A DNA stretch of 64,000 bases from Labilithrix luteola (lineage in GTDB: Bacteria; Myxococcota_A; Polyangia; Polyangiales; Polyangiaceae), in the NCBI RefSeq assembly GCF_001263205.1, contig NZ_CP012333.1, positions 11,121,377-11,185,376 on the forward strand, read 5' to 3'. This document shows positions 29,528-38,955 of this stretch, piece by piece (position 1 is the stretch's first letter; each line of letters begins with the position of its first letter). Made by a program: the position numbers and the translations under genes. The notes under the pieces are model-generated. The model saw only the letters and a list, made by a program, of their open reading frames with translations, did no database searches and was not told where the DNA came from.

Positions 29528-30384
29528 AGCGCACGTCTCTGGTCATCGCCGCGTTCCTCGCGTTCGGAATCTCCGGATCGGCGCATGCCGACACGGACTC
29601 CGGCACGAACGCCGAAGCCGCGGTCGACACCGAGCGAGATCCGGCGCGCCTCTTCGAGGCCTCGGTCGACGCGCTCGCCAAGGGACATGCCGCCACGGCC
29701 ATCGCGGGGTTCGAGTCGCTCGGGGATCACGGCGTGGTCGATCCGGTCGTGAGCTACGATCGCGGCCTCGCGTACGCGGCTCGCGTCCGCGCCGGCGCCG
29801 AGCAGCCTGGCGATCTCGGACGCGCCACGCATGGCTTCGAGGAAGCGCGCGACCTCACGAAGGACTCCGCCTTGGCCGCCGACGCCTCGCGTGCCCTCAC
29901 CGACATCCGCGCCGAGATCGCCCGGCGTCGCGCGCGGGCGGGTGATCCGGTCGAGTTCGAGCATGGCGCCTCGTTCGGACGCTCGATCGTCACCCTGCTC
30001 GACGAGAACGTGTGGGCCGTGCTCGCCGGCATCTTCGCCGCGGCGCTTGCCGTCGGCATCGTTCTTCGCGCACGCGCGACCGCGCCTCGAGCCAAGGTCG
30101 CCGGCAACACCACGGCGGCTGTCGCAGGCGGCCTGCTTCTCGTGACGTCACTCGTTCTCTACTTCGCACGCGATGCTCGACTGCATCTACGCGAAGGCGT
30201 CGTCGTGATCGAAGGCGCGCACCTCCTCGACGACCGTCACGTCGCACTCGGCGGTGTCGCCCCGATTCCGGAGGGCGCACGCGTTCGTATTCTCGACGAC
30301 GGCATCGACTTCACGCGTGTCGTCGTCTCCGAGACCAAGGGCTATCTGCCCTCGAACGCCGTCTTGCCTCTCGCCAAGCGCTGA
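29524..30384 (+). CDS. batE: BatE-like protein (signal peptide, TPR-like region, TM, SH3b-like C-terminus)
   Basis: GTG 29524 with GGGAGG RBS, overlapping the batD stop. Signal peptide LVIAAFLAFGISGSAHA. TM helix VLAGIFAAALAVGIVL. Confidence 0.65.
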   Translation: MKRTSLVIAAFLAFGISGSAHADTDSGTNAEAAVDTERDPARLFEASVDALAKGHAATAIAGFESLGDHGVVDPVVSYDRGLAYAARVRAGAEQPGDLGRATHGFEEARDLTKDSALAADASRALTDIRAEIARRRARAGDPVEFEHGASFGRSIVTLLDENVWAVLAGIFAAALAVGIVLRARATAPRAKVAGNTTAAVAGGLLLVTSLVLYFARDARLHLREGVVVIEGAHLLDDRHVALGGVAPIPEGARVRILDDGIDFTRVVVSETKGYLPSNAVLPLAKR

Positions 30385-30950
30385 TCGAGGCGCTCGAGCG
30401 TCGCAGCTAGGCGATTCGGGCGACGTCCTACGCCATCTACGACTTCGCCATTGCGAGGTACGTCTTGGCCCGCTGGCGCGAGAAGGGCACCCTCGACGCG
30501 GCTCTGTCGACCCGGCCATGAGCGCTCCACCAGCGTGCCTATCGCGACGCACGGCAGGGCAAGTCCGATGCTTGGAGGTCCGCGATCCGCGCAGGAAATC
30601 AGCCTAAAGCATAGGTCGTGCCGTCCGATTTTGGCTTGCACGAGCTCGGGTGCGACACACGTTACGCACCAAGCACGGCGCCAATGACCCGTGCACCCCG
30701 AATCACATAAGACGAAGGCAAGACGCACGCGATCGAGCTCACGGAGCGCGTCACGCGTGCCAGCCGACCCTGACGTGCGCCCCGTTCGATCGCGTTGTCG
30801 AATCGACCGAGGTGGGCAAGAGGGCCGGCGTGCACGTTTTGGACGGCTCCCGGGCTCTTGTTCCTGACTCTGCACGCACACGCGTTGCCGCGCTCGAAAC
30901 GCGCGTCAGCGCGAAGGCGATCGTGCCTTCGTCACTCAAGGAGGCTGTGC

Positions 30951-33050
30951 ATGTTCGCGCTCAGTGGGCTCGCTCTATTTGGCATCGCCCTTGCGCTTCT
31001 GTGTGTCCTCGTTCTTCTGTCCGGTATTCGCTATATCCCGAACGATCGGGTCGGCATCGTCGAGAAACGATGGAGTCTCGCAGGCTCGGTGAAGAGCGGT
31101 TTCATCGCACTCGGCGGTGAAGCAGGCTTCCAACCGGAGCTTTTGCGCGGTGGCGTCCACTACCTGTTGCCGCTGCAATACAGCGTCCACAAAACATCCC
31201 TCGTCACGATTCCGCAGGGAAAGATCGGATACGTCTTCGCGCGCGACGGCCGCCCTCTCACGGCCACGCAGACGCTCGCCTCGGGTGCGGCTTCGACCCA
31301 GTTCCAAGATGTTCGCCAGTTTCTCGCGAGCGGCGGACAACGCGGCCCGCAGCGCCAGATCTTGCGAGAAGGCACCTACGCCATCAACCTCGCCCAGTTC
31401 CTCGTCGTGACGGAGAACAAGCTTTTCTACCTATCGCTCAGCCGCGACGAAGACAGCGTCTTCCGTCAAATGGGTCAGACCGTGGCCGAGCGCTTCGGCT
31501 TCTCGCCGGTCGTCATCAAGGGCGCCGACGACCTCGTCGGCATCGTCACCGTGCACGACGGTCCCTCGCTTCCGCAGGGGCAGATCATCGCGCCCATCGT
31601 CGGCGATCAGCCCGCCGACCCGCGCTCGTACCACAACAACTTCCAGGATCCGGAGGCCTTCCTCGTGGCTGGTGGTTTCCGCGGCCGTCAGCTCCAGGTT
31701 CTCGTCGAGGGCACGTATTACGTGAATCGACTCTTCGCGACCGTGGAGATGATTCCGAAGACGGTGGTCGAAGTCGGCAACGTCGGCGTGGTCGTCTCCT
31801 ACACGGGAAGCGAAGGCAGCGACCTCTCCGGCTCCGAGTACAAGCATGGCGAGCTCGTTCACAAGGGCGAGCGCGGCGTGTGGAGCGAACCGCTCCTTCC
31901 CGGCAAATACGCGTTCAACACGTATGCCGGCAAGGTCATCAACGTGCCGACCACGAACTTCATCCTCAAGTGGACGAAGGGCGAAATCGGCTCGCACCGC
32001 TTCGACGAGAACCTCTCCGAGGTCTCGCTCATCACGAAAGACGCCTTCGAGCCTTCGCTGCCGCTCTCGGTGGTCGTGCACATCGACTACCGCAAGGCGC
32101 CCCTCGTGGTGCAGCGCTTCGGTGACGTCAAACGACTCGTCGAGCAGACTCTCGACCCGATGGTCGCCGCGTACTTCAAGAACATCGGTCAGACGCGCAC
32201 GCTCATCCAGCTTCTCCAGGAACGAAGCATGATTCAGGCAATCGCCAGCGAGGAAATGAAGGCTCGCTTCTGCCACTACAACCTCGAGCTAGAAGAGGTG
32301 CTCATCGGCACCCCGGCGGCCTCGAACGGAGACAAGCACATCGCCACGATCCTCGAGCAGCTCCGTGCGCGCCAGATCGCCGAGGAGCAGGTCGAGACCT
32401 ATGCGCGGCAGGAGAAGGCCTCGGCCAAGGAGCGCGACCTCCGCGAGGCGATGGCCCGCGCCGAGAAGCAAAAGCACCTCACCGAGAGCGAGCTCGCCAT
32501 CACCATCGAGGCGAACCAGGGCCGCGCCGCTTACGAGCGAAGCGTCCAGCAGGCCGCGCAGATGCGTACGATGGCCGAGGCGCAGGCGATGGAGATGCGC
32601 ACCCTCGCCGAGTCGGAGGCCGCCCGTGTTCGCATGATCGGCGAAGCGGAGGCCGACAAGGCCGCGCGCGTCGGTATCGCCGAGGCGATCGCGATCGAAG
32701 AGCAGGTCCAGGCGTACGGCGGCCCGAAGTTCCAGGTCACGCAGAACGTGATGAAGAACTTCTCGGACGCCATCGCCAAGGCCAAGGTGGACGTCGTTCC
32801 GAAGATTGTCCTCGGCGCGGGCGCCGGAAACGGTCAGAACGGCGGCAGCGGCAGCGTGATGGAAACGCTGCTGGCCCTCCTCCTCTCGGACAGGCTCGGC
32901 GAAGGCGACCTGGCCATGATTCGCGACCCTGCTCCGCGCGATCCGGCCGTCGAGGCCATGCGCTCACGCATCCGGAGTGAGCTGACCTCGCCCGTCAACG
33001 GAGCGAACGCCGCGGTCAAACCGGCAACGCTGCCCGCGGCCAAGAGCTGA
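30951..33050 (+). CDS. Flotillin-family SPFH/band-7 protein
   Basis: AAGGAGG RBS. N-terminal TM. SPFH core followed by a long Ala/Glu-rich coiled coil (EAMARAEKQKHLTESELAITIEANQG...). Confidence 0.85.
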   Translation: MFALSGLALFGIALALLCVLVLLSGIRYIPNDRVGIVEKRWSLAGSVKSGFIALGGEAGFQPELLRGGVHYLLPLQYSVHKTSLVTIPQGKIGYVFARDGRPLTATQTLASGAASTQFQDVRQFLASGGQRGPQRQILREGTYAINLAQFLVVTENKLFYLSLSRDEDSVFRQMGQTVAERFGFSPVVIKGADDLVGIVTVHDGPSLPQGQIIAPIVGDQPADPRSYHNNFQDPEAFLVAGGFRGRQLQVLVEGTYYVNRLFATVEMIPKTVVEVGNVGVVVSYTGSEGSDLSGSEYKHGELVHKGERGVWSEPLLPGKYAFNTYAGKVINVPTTNFILKWTKGEIGSHRFDENLSEVSLITKDAFEPSLPLSVVVHIDYRKAPLVVQRFGDVKRLVEQTLDPMVAAYFKNIGQTRTLIQLLQERSMIQAIASEEMKARFCHYNLELEEVLIGTPAASNGDKHIATILEQLRARQIAEEQVETYARQEKASAKERDLREAMARAEKQKHLTESELAITIEANQGRAAYERSVQQAAQMRTMAEAQAMEMRTLAESEAARVRMIGEAEADKAARVGIAEAIAIEEQVQAYGGPKFQVTQNVMKNFSDAIAKAKVDVVPKIVLGAGAGNGQNGGSGSVMETLLALLLSDRLGEGDLAMIRDPAPRDPAVEAMRSRIRSELTSPVNGANAAVKPATLPAAKS

Positions 33051-33067
33051 ACGCAGTCACCTGAACG

Positions 33068-33110
33068 CGAGCCCGACTGCCCTTCTCTCGGTGGCCGGGC
33101 TCGTGTCGTT
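33068..33110. terminator. Hairpin between the convergent flotillin gene and gene 33131-34540
   Basis: 8-bp stem cgagcccg / cgggctcg (33068-33075 and 33096-33103) with a structured loop, followed by a T-containing tract. Confidence 0.4.
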
Positions 33111-33130
33111 CTCGAAGACCGCGTGACGCG

Positions 33131-34540
33131 TCACTTCATGGTGCCGGCGCCAACGCCGAGACCGAAGGCTCGAGTGAACGAGATTCCGCCGAGGAATCGG
33201 CCGTCTTTCGCGACCACCCCCCAGAATCCGAATCCGGGATCGGTATGGATGATCGCGTTCGGATACACGTTGAGATTGAGGAAGTAATCGTCGACGTCGG
33301 CCACTTGCAGTGAGGCAAGGAGCGAGTTGTTCCGATCGATGAACAGCGCTCCCGCGAGCTGCGTGGTGACCTTGTTCTCCACCCGACCGGGCGACGTATT
33401 CACGAGCGTATCGAACTTGCCGCCCATCGCCGCGGAGATCGAATACCCGCCGTCGAGCAAGTACGAGAGGCCGCCCATCGTGGCCATTCCGCCATATCCG
33501 AGCAGTCGGAGACGCGGATGCCAGGGAATCGGAATCTTGGCAGAGTAGTAGTTGCCCTGGTTGTGCAGATTGCCCGTTTGCGGAATGAGTGCAGGCTGCA
33601 TCGACCAGTCGGACACGATGATGTGTCGACTGAAGAAATCGCGAACCCCCTCGAAGCTGAAGAGGACGATGCCCGCGACATCGAACACCATGATGTCCGC
33701 GATGCAGTCGGTGTTGTAACCGATGACCCCCTTGTTCTCGATCGACTCGTTCACGAACGCCGAGGCGAAGATCGTGGCGGCCGAGAACGCCGAGGCCGCG
33801 AGAGGCGACGCCTCGCGGTCCATGAACCATTCGCGAAGCTGCGCATACGTCTGCCCGCCGCCAATCAGGTGCAGCGTGTAGTTCGGCACCCAACGGGCCG
33901 TATCGGGCGTGAAGCTGAGAGGAAGAATCTCCTGGCGGATGAAACGCCACCAGCCGCCGGTGCCGTTGATGGCCTGAGGCGCGTGCGTCACGTTCGCCCA
34001 GACGTTGCCGCCATCGAGCTGGAAGTTCTGCCCGAGCTGGCGGTTCTCACCGCGCATCTGCAGAACGTCGTAGCCGCGATTGAGGATGACGTAGAGCGGG
34101 CCGTAGAGCGACTCCGAGCCGTAGTCGTAGTGATGGTAAAAATAGCGCTTCGGCGGATCGGGCCGCGCCGCCGAAGAAACGGACGCGGATGCGAGCGCGG
34201 GAACGGGGGCGGATGCGGGGGCGGGAACGGGGGCGGACGCGGACGCGGGAACGGGGGCGGACGCGGGAACGGGGGCGGACGCGGATGCGGACGCCGGATC
34301 GGCTACGGCCCCCCCCGCTGGTTCAGCGGCCGCATCCGCCGTCGGTGCCCCCGCGTCGGGCTCTGGCGCGTCGACGGACGCGGACGGCTCGGCGTGCGCG
34401 AGGGATTCGCCAGCGAGGAAGACAAACGCGAAGAGCAGCGCGAAGGCCAGACGCGGCACGGATTCCGGTGCCTCCGATGCACGGAGTGCCCGCGCCGTCG
34501 CGCGCCTCGAACGCGTTCTCCGCGATTGCACGGTCCCCAC
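33131..34540 (-). CDS. Secreted hypothetical protein with (SAPVPA)n repeat region
   Basis: Signal peptide LAFALLFAFVFLAGESLAHA. Low-complexity ASAPVPA repeats encoded by an 18-bp tandem nucleotide repeat (about 34183-34295). A 330-aa aromatic-rich domain follows. Confidence 0.65.
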   Translation of the reverse strand: MGTVQSRRTRSRRATARALRASEAPESVPRLAFALLFAFVFLAGESLAHAEPSASVDAPEPDAGAPTADAAAEPAGGAVADPASASASAPVPASAPVPASASAPVPAPASAPVPALASASVSSAARPDPPKRYFYHHYDYGSESLYGPLYVILNRGYDVLQMRGENRQLGQNFQLDGGNVWANVTHAPQAINGTGGWWRFIRQEILPLSFTPDTARWVPNYTLHLIGGGQTYAQLREWFMDREASPLAASAFSAATIFASAFVNESIENKGVIGYNTDCIADIMVFDVAGIVLFSFEGVRDFFSRHIIVSDWSMQPALIPQTGNLHNQGNYYSAKIPIPWHPRLRLLGYGGMATMGGLSYLLDGGYSISAAMGGKFDTLVNTSPGRVENKVTTQLAGALFIDRNNSLLASLQVADVDDYFLNLNVYPNAIIHTDPGFGFWGVVAKDGRFLGGISFTRAFGLGVGAGTMK

Positions 34541-34718
34541 CTCAGCCGTTGACGAGCAAGCGTCGATCGCGTTGCGTAAATGTTAGAGTTCCGCGGGTCG
34601 GAGGCCGCGGAGACCGCCGTCCCGAAAACGGGCGCGAGTTCGTAGCCTGTCTCCGACCAACTTCTCGAACACGCTCTCGAACACGCTCCCGAACACGCCC
34701 GCAGCCCGCATCCGGTCC

Positions 34719-36257
34719 ATGAAGCTTCGCATCGTCGCGGTGAACGACGTCTACGTCCTCGACAACCTGCCTCGCCTCCGCACGCTCGTGCGGCACTACG
34801 CAGAAACCGATCCCGCCGACGCTCTGCTCGTCACGCTCGCGGGCGATTTCCTGTCGCCGAGCATTCTCTCCAGCCTCGATGCGGGCCGGGCGATGGTGGA
34901 TTGCTTGAACGAGGTGGGGGTCACGCACGTGACCTATGGCAACCACGAAGACGACCTCACGAGCGAGGAACTCCTTTCGCGCATCCACGAGCTCCGCGCA
35001 ACCTGGCTTTCCACGAATGTTCGAAAGCTCGATCCGGCGTTGCCGGCGTCGCAGGTCCTCGACGTCGCCGGGATCAAGATTGGCCTCGTCGGCGTCGTGA
35101 TGAACGACCCCAGCGTCTACCGTCGAGCTCCCTTCGGCGGCGAACCAATGGCGTCTCCGAACACGGCGGCGCTCGCCGAGACCGAGCGCCTCCTTCATCA
35201 AGAACATTGCGCGTTCGTCATCCCGCTTACGCATCAGTTCGCCGATGCCGACCGCGAGCTCGCCGCGGCGCAGCAATCGCCGCCCTACCCCGTCATCATC
35301 GGCGGCCACGACCACCAGGGTGTCCTCGAGCAGGGCTCGGGCACGTGGATCGTCAAGGCGAAGAGTGATGCGCTCAACGCCGGCATCGTCGACATCGTCT
35401 ACGACGGGGGCGTCATCACGGCGACCGCGCGGCTCGAAGCCCTCGACACGTACGCGCCCGACGCGGCCCTTGCCGAGCGCGTCGCCATGCACATGAAGCG
35501 CGTCGAAGAGCTCGATCACGCGACGCTTCTGGCGCTTCCCGAAGGGCAGACGCTCTCGTCCGTCGGCTCGCGCGCCCGCCAAACGTCGATGGGAACGTTG
35601 CTCGCATCCCGCATTCGCGATGCGCTCGGCGCCGAAGTCTCCCTCTTCAACGGCGGCGGCATCCGTGCGTCGCGCGACTACAGCGAGTACTTCACCTACG
35701 GCGCGCTGAAGTCGGAGGTTCCCTTCGACAACGAGATCGTCTGCATGCGCATCCCCGGCCGCGTCATCGCGGAGGCCATTGCGTTCTCGCGTCAGCTCGC
35801 ACCACTCGAATCGGGCGGCTTTCTCCAGGTGGACGACCGCACCGTCGTCGAGCAGCCCGGCAACGTGGTGGTCACCATGGCCGGCCAGCCCTTCGATCCC
35901 GATCGCGAGTACAACATCGCGCTCGTCCGAAACTTCTTGCTCGGCCTCGACAACATCACGCCGCTCGTCCGCTTCGCTCAGGAGAGTCCCGACCGCGTTC
36001 CGAAGGAAGACAGCGGACGCGACGTGCGCCTGGTGCTCGCGACGGCGTTCTCCGTGGAGCTCTGGAAGCAACTCGGCGGGTTCGACGCGGTCGACGCGAA
36101 CGGCGATGGCCAGGTCACGCCGTCGGAAGTCAGCGCCGCCGTCGCGCGCCTCGCGGGCCAGAAGCGCCCGGACATCACCGCAGGCCTCATCGTGAACGCG
36201 CTCGATACGAACCGCGATCTCGTCATCTCACGCGACGAAGCCGAAGCCGTCGAGTAG
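34719..36257 (+). CDS. Metallophosphoesterase/5'-nucleotidase family protein with C-terminal EF-hand-like motifs
   Basis: Calcineurin-like motifs VNDVY...GDF, GNHE, GGHDH. C-terminal DANGDGQVTPSEV and DTNRDLVISRDEAE. Confidence 0.8.
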   Translation: MKLRIVAVNDVYVLDNLPRLRTLVRHYAETDPADALLVTLAGDFLSPSILSSLDAGRAMVDCLNEVGVTHVTYGNHEDDLTSEELLSRIHELRATWLSTNVRKLDPALPASQVLDVAGIKIGLVGVVMNDPSVYRRAPFGGEPMASPNTAALAETERLLHQEHCAFVIPLTHQFADADRELAAAQQSPPYPVIIGGHDHQGVLEQGSGTWIVKAKSDALNAGIVDIVYDGGVITATARLEALDTYAPDAALAERVAMHMKRVEELDHATLLALPEGQTLSSVGSRARQTSMGTLLASRIRDALGAEVSLFNGGGIRASRDYSEYFTYGALKSEVPFDNEIVCMRIPGRVIAEAIAFSRQLAPLESGGFLQVDDRTVVEQPGNVVVTMAGQPFDPDREYNIALVRNFLLGLDNITPLVRFAQESPDRVPKEDSGRDVRLVLATAFSVELWKQLGGFDAVDANGDGQVTPSEVSAAVARLAGQKRPDITAGLIVNALDTNRDLVISRDEAEAVE

Positions 36258-36412
36258 CGCGAACGACGTTCGCGGAAGCTCGCCGCGCGGGCCGACAGGC
36301 CACCGCTATCCCGCCTTCGGATTAACTGACACAAGGCTGTCAAAGCACTCCGGTAGCTTTTCTCTCACGCCGAAGTCGCCTCCCTCGAGACGGCGCTGGA
36401 AGGACGAAGATC

Positions 36413-36844
36413 ATGGGACACCAAGCAGACGGAACGAAGAAGCACGTTGGCAGCTGTCACTGCGGTGCGGTCCGATTCGAGGTCGACGTCGACTTGAGCG
36501 AGGGCGCGAGCGGCTGCAACTGCTCCATCTGCACGAAGATCGCGTCGCTCGGCGCCATCGTGAAGCCGAATGCCTTCACGCTCCTCGCGGGTGAAGAGAG
36601 CCTCTCGACGTACGTGTGGGGCGCGAAGATCTCGACGCGCTATTTCTGCAAGAACTGCGGCGTCCACTGCTTTGGGCGCGGCCATCTCGCCGAGGTCGGA
36701 GGCGACTACGTCTCGGTGAACGTCAACACGCTCGACGACATCGATCTGTCGACCATGGCGCTCGCGTACTGGGACGGCCGCAACAACAACTGGCAGTCGG
36801 GCACGCGCAAAACGCGCTGGCCGAACACGCCTTCTGCCTCCTGA
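36413..36844 (+). CDS. GFA-family (CENP-V/glutathione-dependent formaldehyde-activating-like) zinc protein
   Basis: Motifs CHCGAVRF and CNCSICTK. RBS GGAAGGA. Confidence 0.8.
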   Translation: MGHQADGTKKHVGSCHCGAVRFEVDVDLSEGASGCNCSICTKIASLGAIVKPNAFTLLAGEESLSTYVWGAKISTRYFCKNCGVHCFGRGHLAEVGGDYVSVNVNTLDDIDLSTMALAYWDGRNNNWQSGTRKTRWPNTPSAS

Positions 36845-36880
36845 CGAAAACGTGACGAGGCGCTTCTGAGACGTTGTTTC

Positions 36881-37657
36881 ATGGGCCCGCCAACCTTGTC
36901 GCTCCCGGCGAGCACAGGTATGACGGCGCCCATGCACAACGTTCGCATCGGCCTGATTTCGGCCCTTCTCGTCTCTGGACTCTCGCTCGGAAGCATCGCT
37001 TGCGGTGGTTCGGATCAACCTGCCAAGGCACCCGAGAACACCTCGGCGACCGCGGAAGGCGCATCGGCCGGCAAGGAAGACATGCCTGCCCCGCCGGCCA
37101 AGGAAGGCGAAGCAGCAACGGCTCCCGCCGCTCCTGCAACGCCGTCGCTCAAGCTCCCCGCGTCGAGCGTGAAGCTCACGCTCGAGCCGGTCGGCAAGGA
37201 CAAGAAGAAGAGCGTGATCGAGCTCGCGGCCGACGGCAACGTCACGCAGGACGGCAAGCCGTTCGCGAAGCTCGCCGGCTCGGAGGTCTCCTTCAAGGGC
37301 AAGCCCGCGATGAGCCTCATGGCCGACAACTCGATCATCACGCCGGCCGGCACGAGCTTCGGCTCGTTCTCGGGCGACGATCTCTCGCTCGGCAACAACG
37401 GCGGCAAGCTCACGATCGGAAGCGACGGCGCGATCACGCTGACCGGCGCGGACGGCAAGGCGAAGCCGCTCGGCAAAGCCGAAGGCGTCGGTGATGCGAA
37501 GCGCGCGATCCTCATCGTCGCGGCGCTCACGACGAACCCGTCGGACGGCGCGGGTGCGAGCGACGTATTGAGCGAAAGGCACGACAAGCCCGCCTCGACG
37601 GGCGCCGGCGCGGGCGGCAAGGGCGACAAGCCGACGAAGGCTGCCCCCAAGAAGTGA
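36881..37657 (+). CDS. Hypothetical lipoprotein
   Basis: Lipobox LSLGSIAC. Ala/Gly/Lys-rich, with a Lys-rich C-terminus. Alternative internal starts are possible. Confidence 0.6.
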   Translation: MGPPTLSLPASTGMTAPMHNVRIGLISALLVSGLSLGSIACGGSDQPAKAPENTSATAEGASAGKEDMPAPPAKEGEAATAPAAPATPSLKLPASSVKLTLEPVGKDKKKSVIELAADGNVTQDGKPFAKLAGSEVSFKGKPAMSLMADNSIITPAGTSFGSFSGDDLSLGNNGGKLTIGSDGAITLTGADGKAKPLGKAEGVGDAKRAILIVAALTTNPSDGAGASDVLSERHDKPASTGAGAGGKGDKPTKAAPKK

Positions 37658-37661
37658 GCGT

Positions 37662-38627
37662 TCAGGTCTCCGATTCGAGGAGACCCGACGCAAGCTCCGG
37701 AGCGCGCTGGGCAGGCGTGCGCACGAACACTCGCTGAGCGATCGCCATGAGCGCCGTCACGAGTGCCGCGTACGAGCTGCCCAGCAGCGCATCGATCACC
37801 CAGTGGTGATCGAGGTAGATGGCCGAGAACACCATCGACACATAGTAGAAGGCCGAAGCCGCGCGCAGCTTCCAACCGAAGGCCTTCCAGCCCGTCAGCA
37901 GCACGAGCAGCGGGTACGCGCAGTGGAGCGAAGGGAGCGCGCCGAACACGCTCGCCGCTTTGCCGTACATGCCGTGGAAGTACGCGACGCCGAGCATATG
38001 ATCCACGCGCATCAGCGCCGGCCCTTCACTCGCGTGCGTCGCGAGATCCACCACGCAGCCGTGCGAGTGAAAGTACCAGGGCGGCGCGGCCGGAAGCAGG
38101 TGGTACGTCGTGAAGCCGAGGAGGTTCAGCAGGAAGAACCCCCAAGCCAGCCGAAACATCGCCGGCCGATCCTTCACGTAGAGGAAGATGCCGCAGGCAA
38201 CGGTGACGAGAACGAAGGTCGCGTAGGGAATCGCGCAGTAGAGGTCCACCGCCGGGGTGTGGTGCACGAAGAACCAGTCGTGGAGCGTCATCCGCTGGTC
38301 GCCGACCGTGATGCCGAAGAAGCGCAGCTCGAGCGCGCGTAGGTCGCACAAATGGACGCGCTCCACCGAGAGCCCGAGCTGCTGGTACGGCCGCATCGCG
38401 TCGTAGAGCACGCCGACGAGCCCGAGCGGAAGGAGCCCCTCGAAGATCTGCCGCGTTCTGTCGTGCGCAAACACGAGCACGACGGCCACGACCGCGAGCA
38501 GCACGTGCTCGGGGCGCAGATCGTGACGCAGCGCCGAATACGCCATGTAAAGAACGAACGGGGCGATCAGAAGCAGCTTGCGCACACGCGCGCGCATCGA
38601 CCCGGCCCCACTCATCGGCAAGCCCAC
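37662..38627 (-). CDS. PAP2-superfamily integral membrane protein
   Basis: Six or more TM helices. PAP2-like motifs KxxxxxxRP-like, PSLH and HH-containing loops. GTG start at 38627, alternative ATG at 38615. Confidence 0.6.
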   Translation of the reverse strand: MGLPMSGAGSMRARVRKLLLIAPFVLYMAYSALRHDLRPEHVLLAVVAVVLVFAHDRTRQIFEGLLPLGLVGVLYDAMRPYQQLGLSVERVHLCDLRALELRFFGITVGDQRMTLHDWFFVHHTPAVDLYCAIPYATFVLVTVACGIFLYVKDRPAMFRLAWGFFLLNLLGFTTYHLLPAAPPWYFHSHGCVVDLATHASEGPALMRVDHMLGVAYFHGMYGKAASVFGALPSLHCAYPLLVLLTGWKAFGWKLRAASAFYYVSMVFSAIYLDHHWVIDALLGSSYAALVTALMAIAQRVFVRTPAQRAPELASGLLESET

Positions 38628-38758
38628 TTCACGACAGCGAACATCATTTCGTCGAGCGTCATCCCCGCGACCTCACGCTCTCGGCGTCGGCGTCGCGAAC
38701 AAAGAGAGGGTGACGCACGAAACGACACCATCTCACCGATGCGGCAACGGCCGCGCAG

Positions 38759-38778
38759 GTTGCGCATCTTTGCGCAAC
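38759..38778. promoter_or_regulatory. Operator-like perfect palindrome gttgcgca-tctt-tgcgcaac in divergent intergenic region
   Basis: 8-bp perfect inverted repeat with a 4-bp spacer, seen directly. It lies between the divergent PAP2 gene and the thiolase gene. Confidence 0.4.
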
Positions 38779-38955
38779 GCCACGGATCCCGCAAAGCGTC
38801 CGTAAGGATGAGCGGCCCGAATCACGTCGGCGCAGCCGGGCCATCCCGAGCGGCATCGAACGTCTTGCGATCACGGTCTCACACGCAGGCCTTCCTCCTT
38901 GCGCGCGCCCCGTGGTCGCCATACTCGTCTTCGCATCAAAGGCGGGAGACGAGTC

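Noticed and set aside
36365-37693. 442-aa minus-strand ORF
   Set aside because: Antisense to the GFA and lipoprotein genes. Arg-rich, no motifs.
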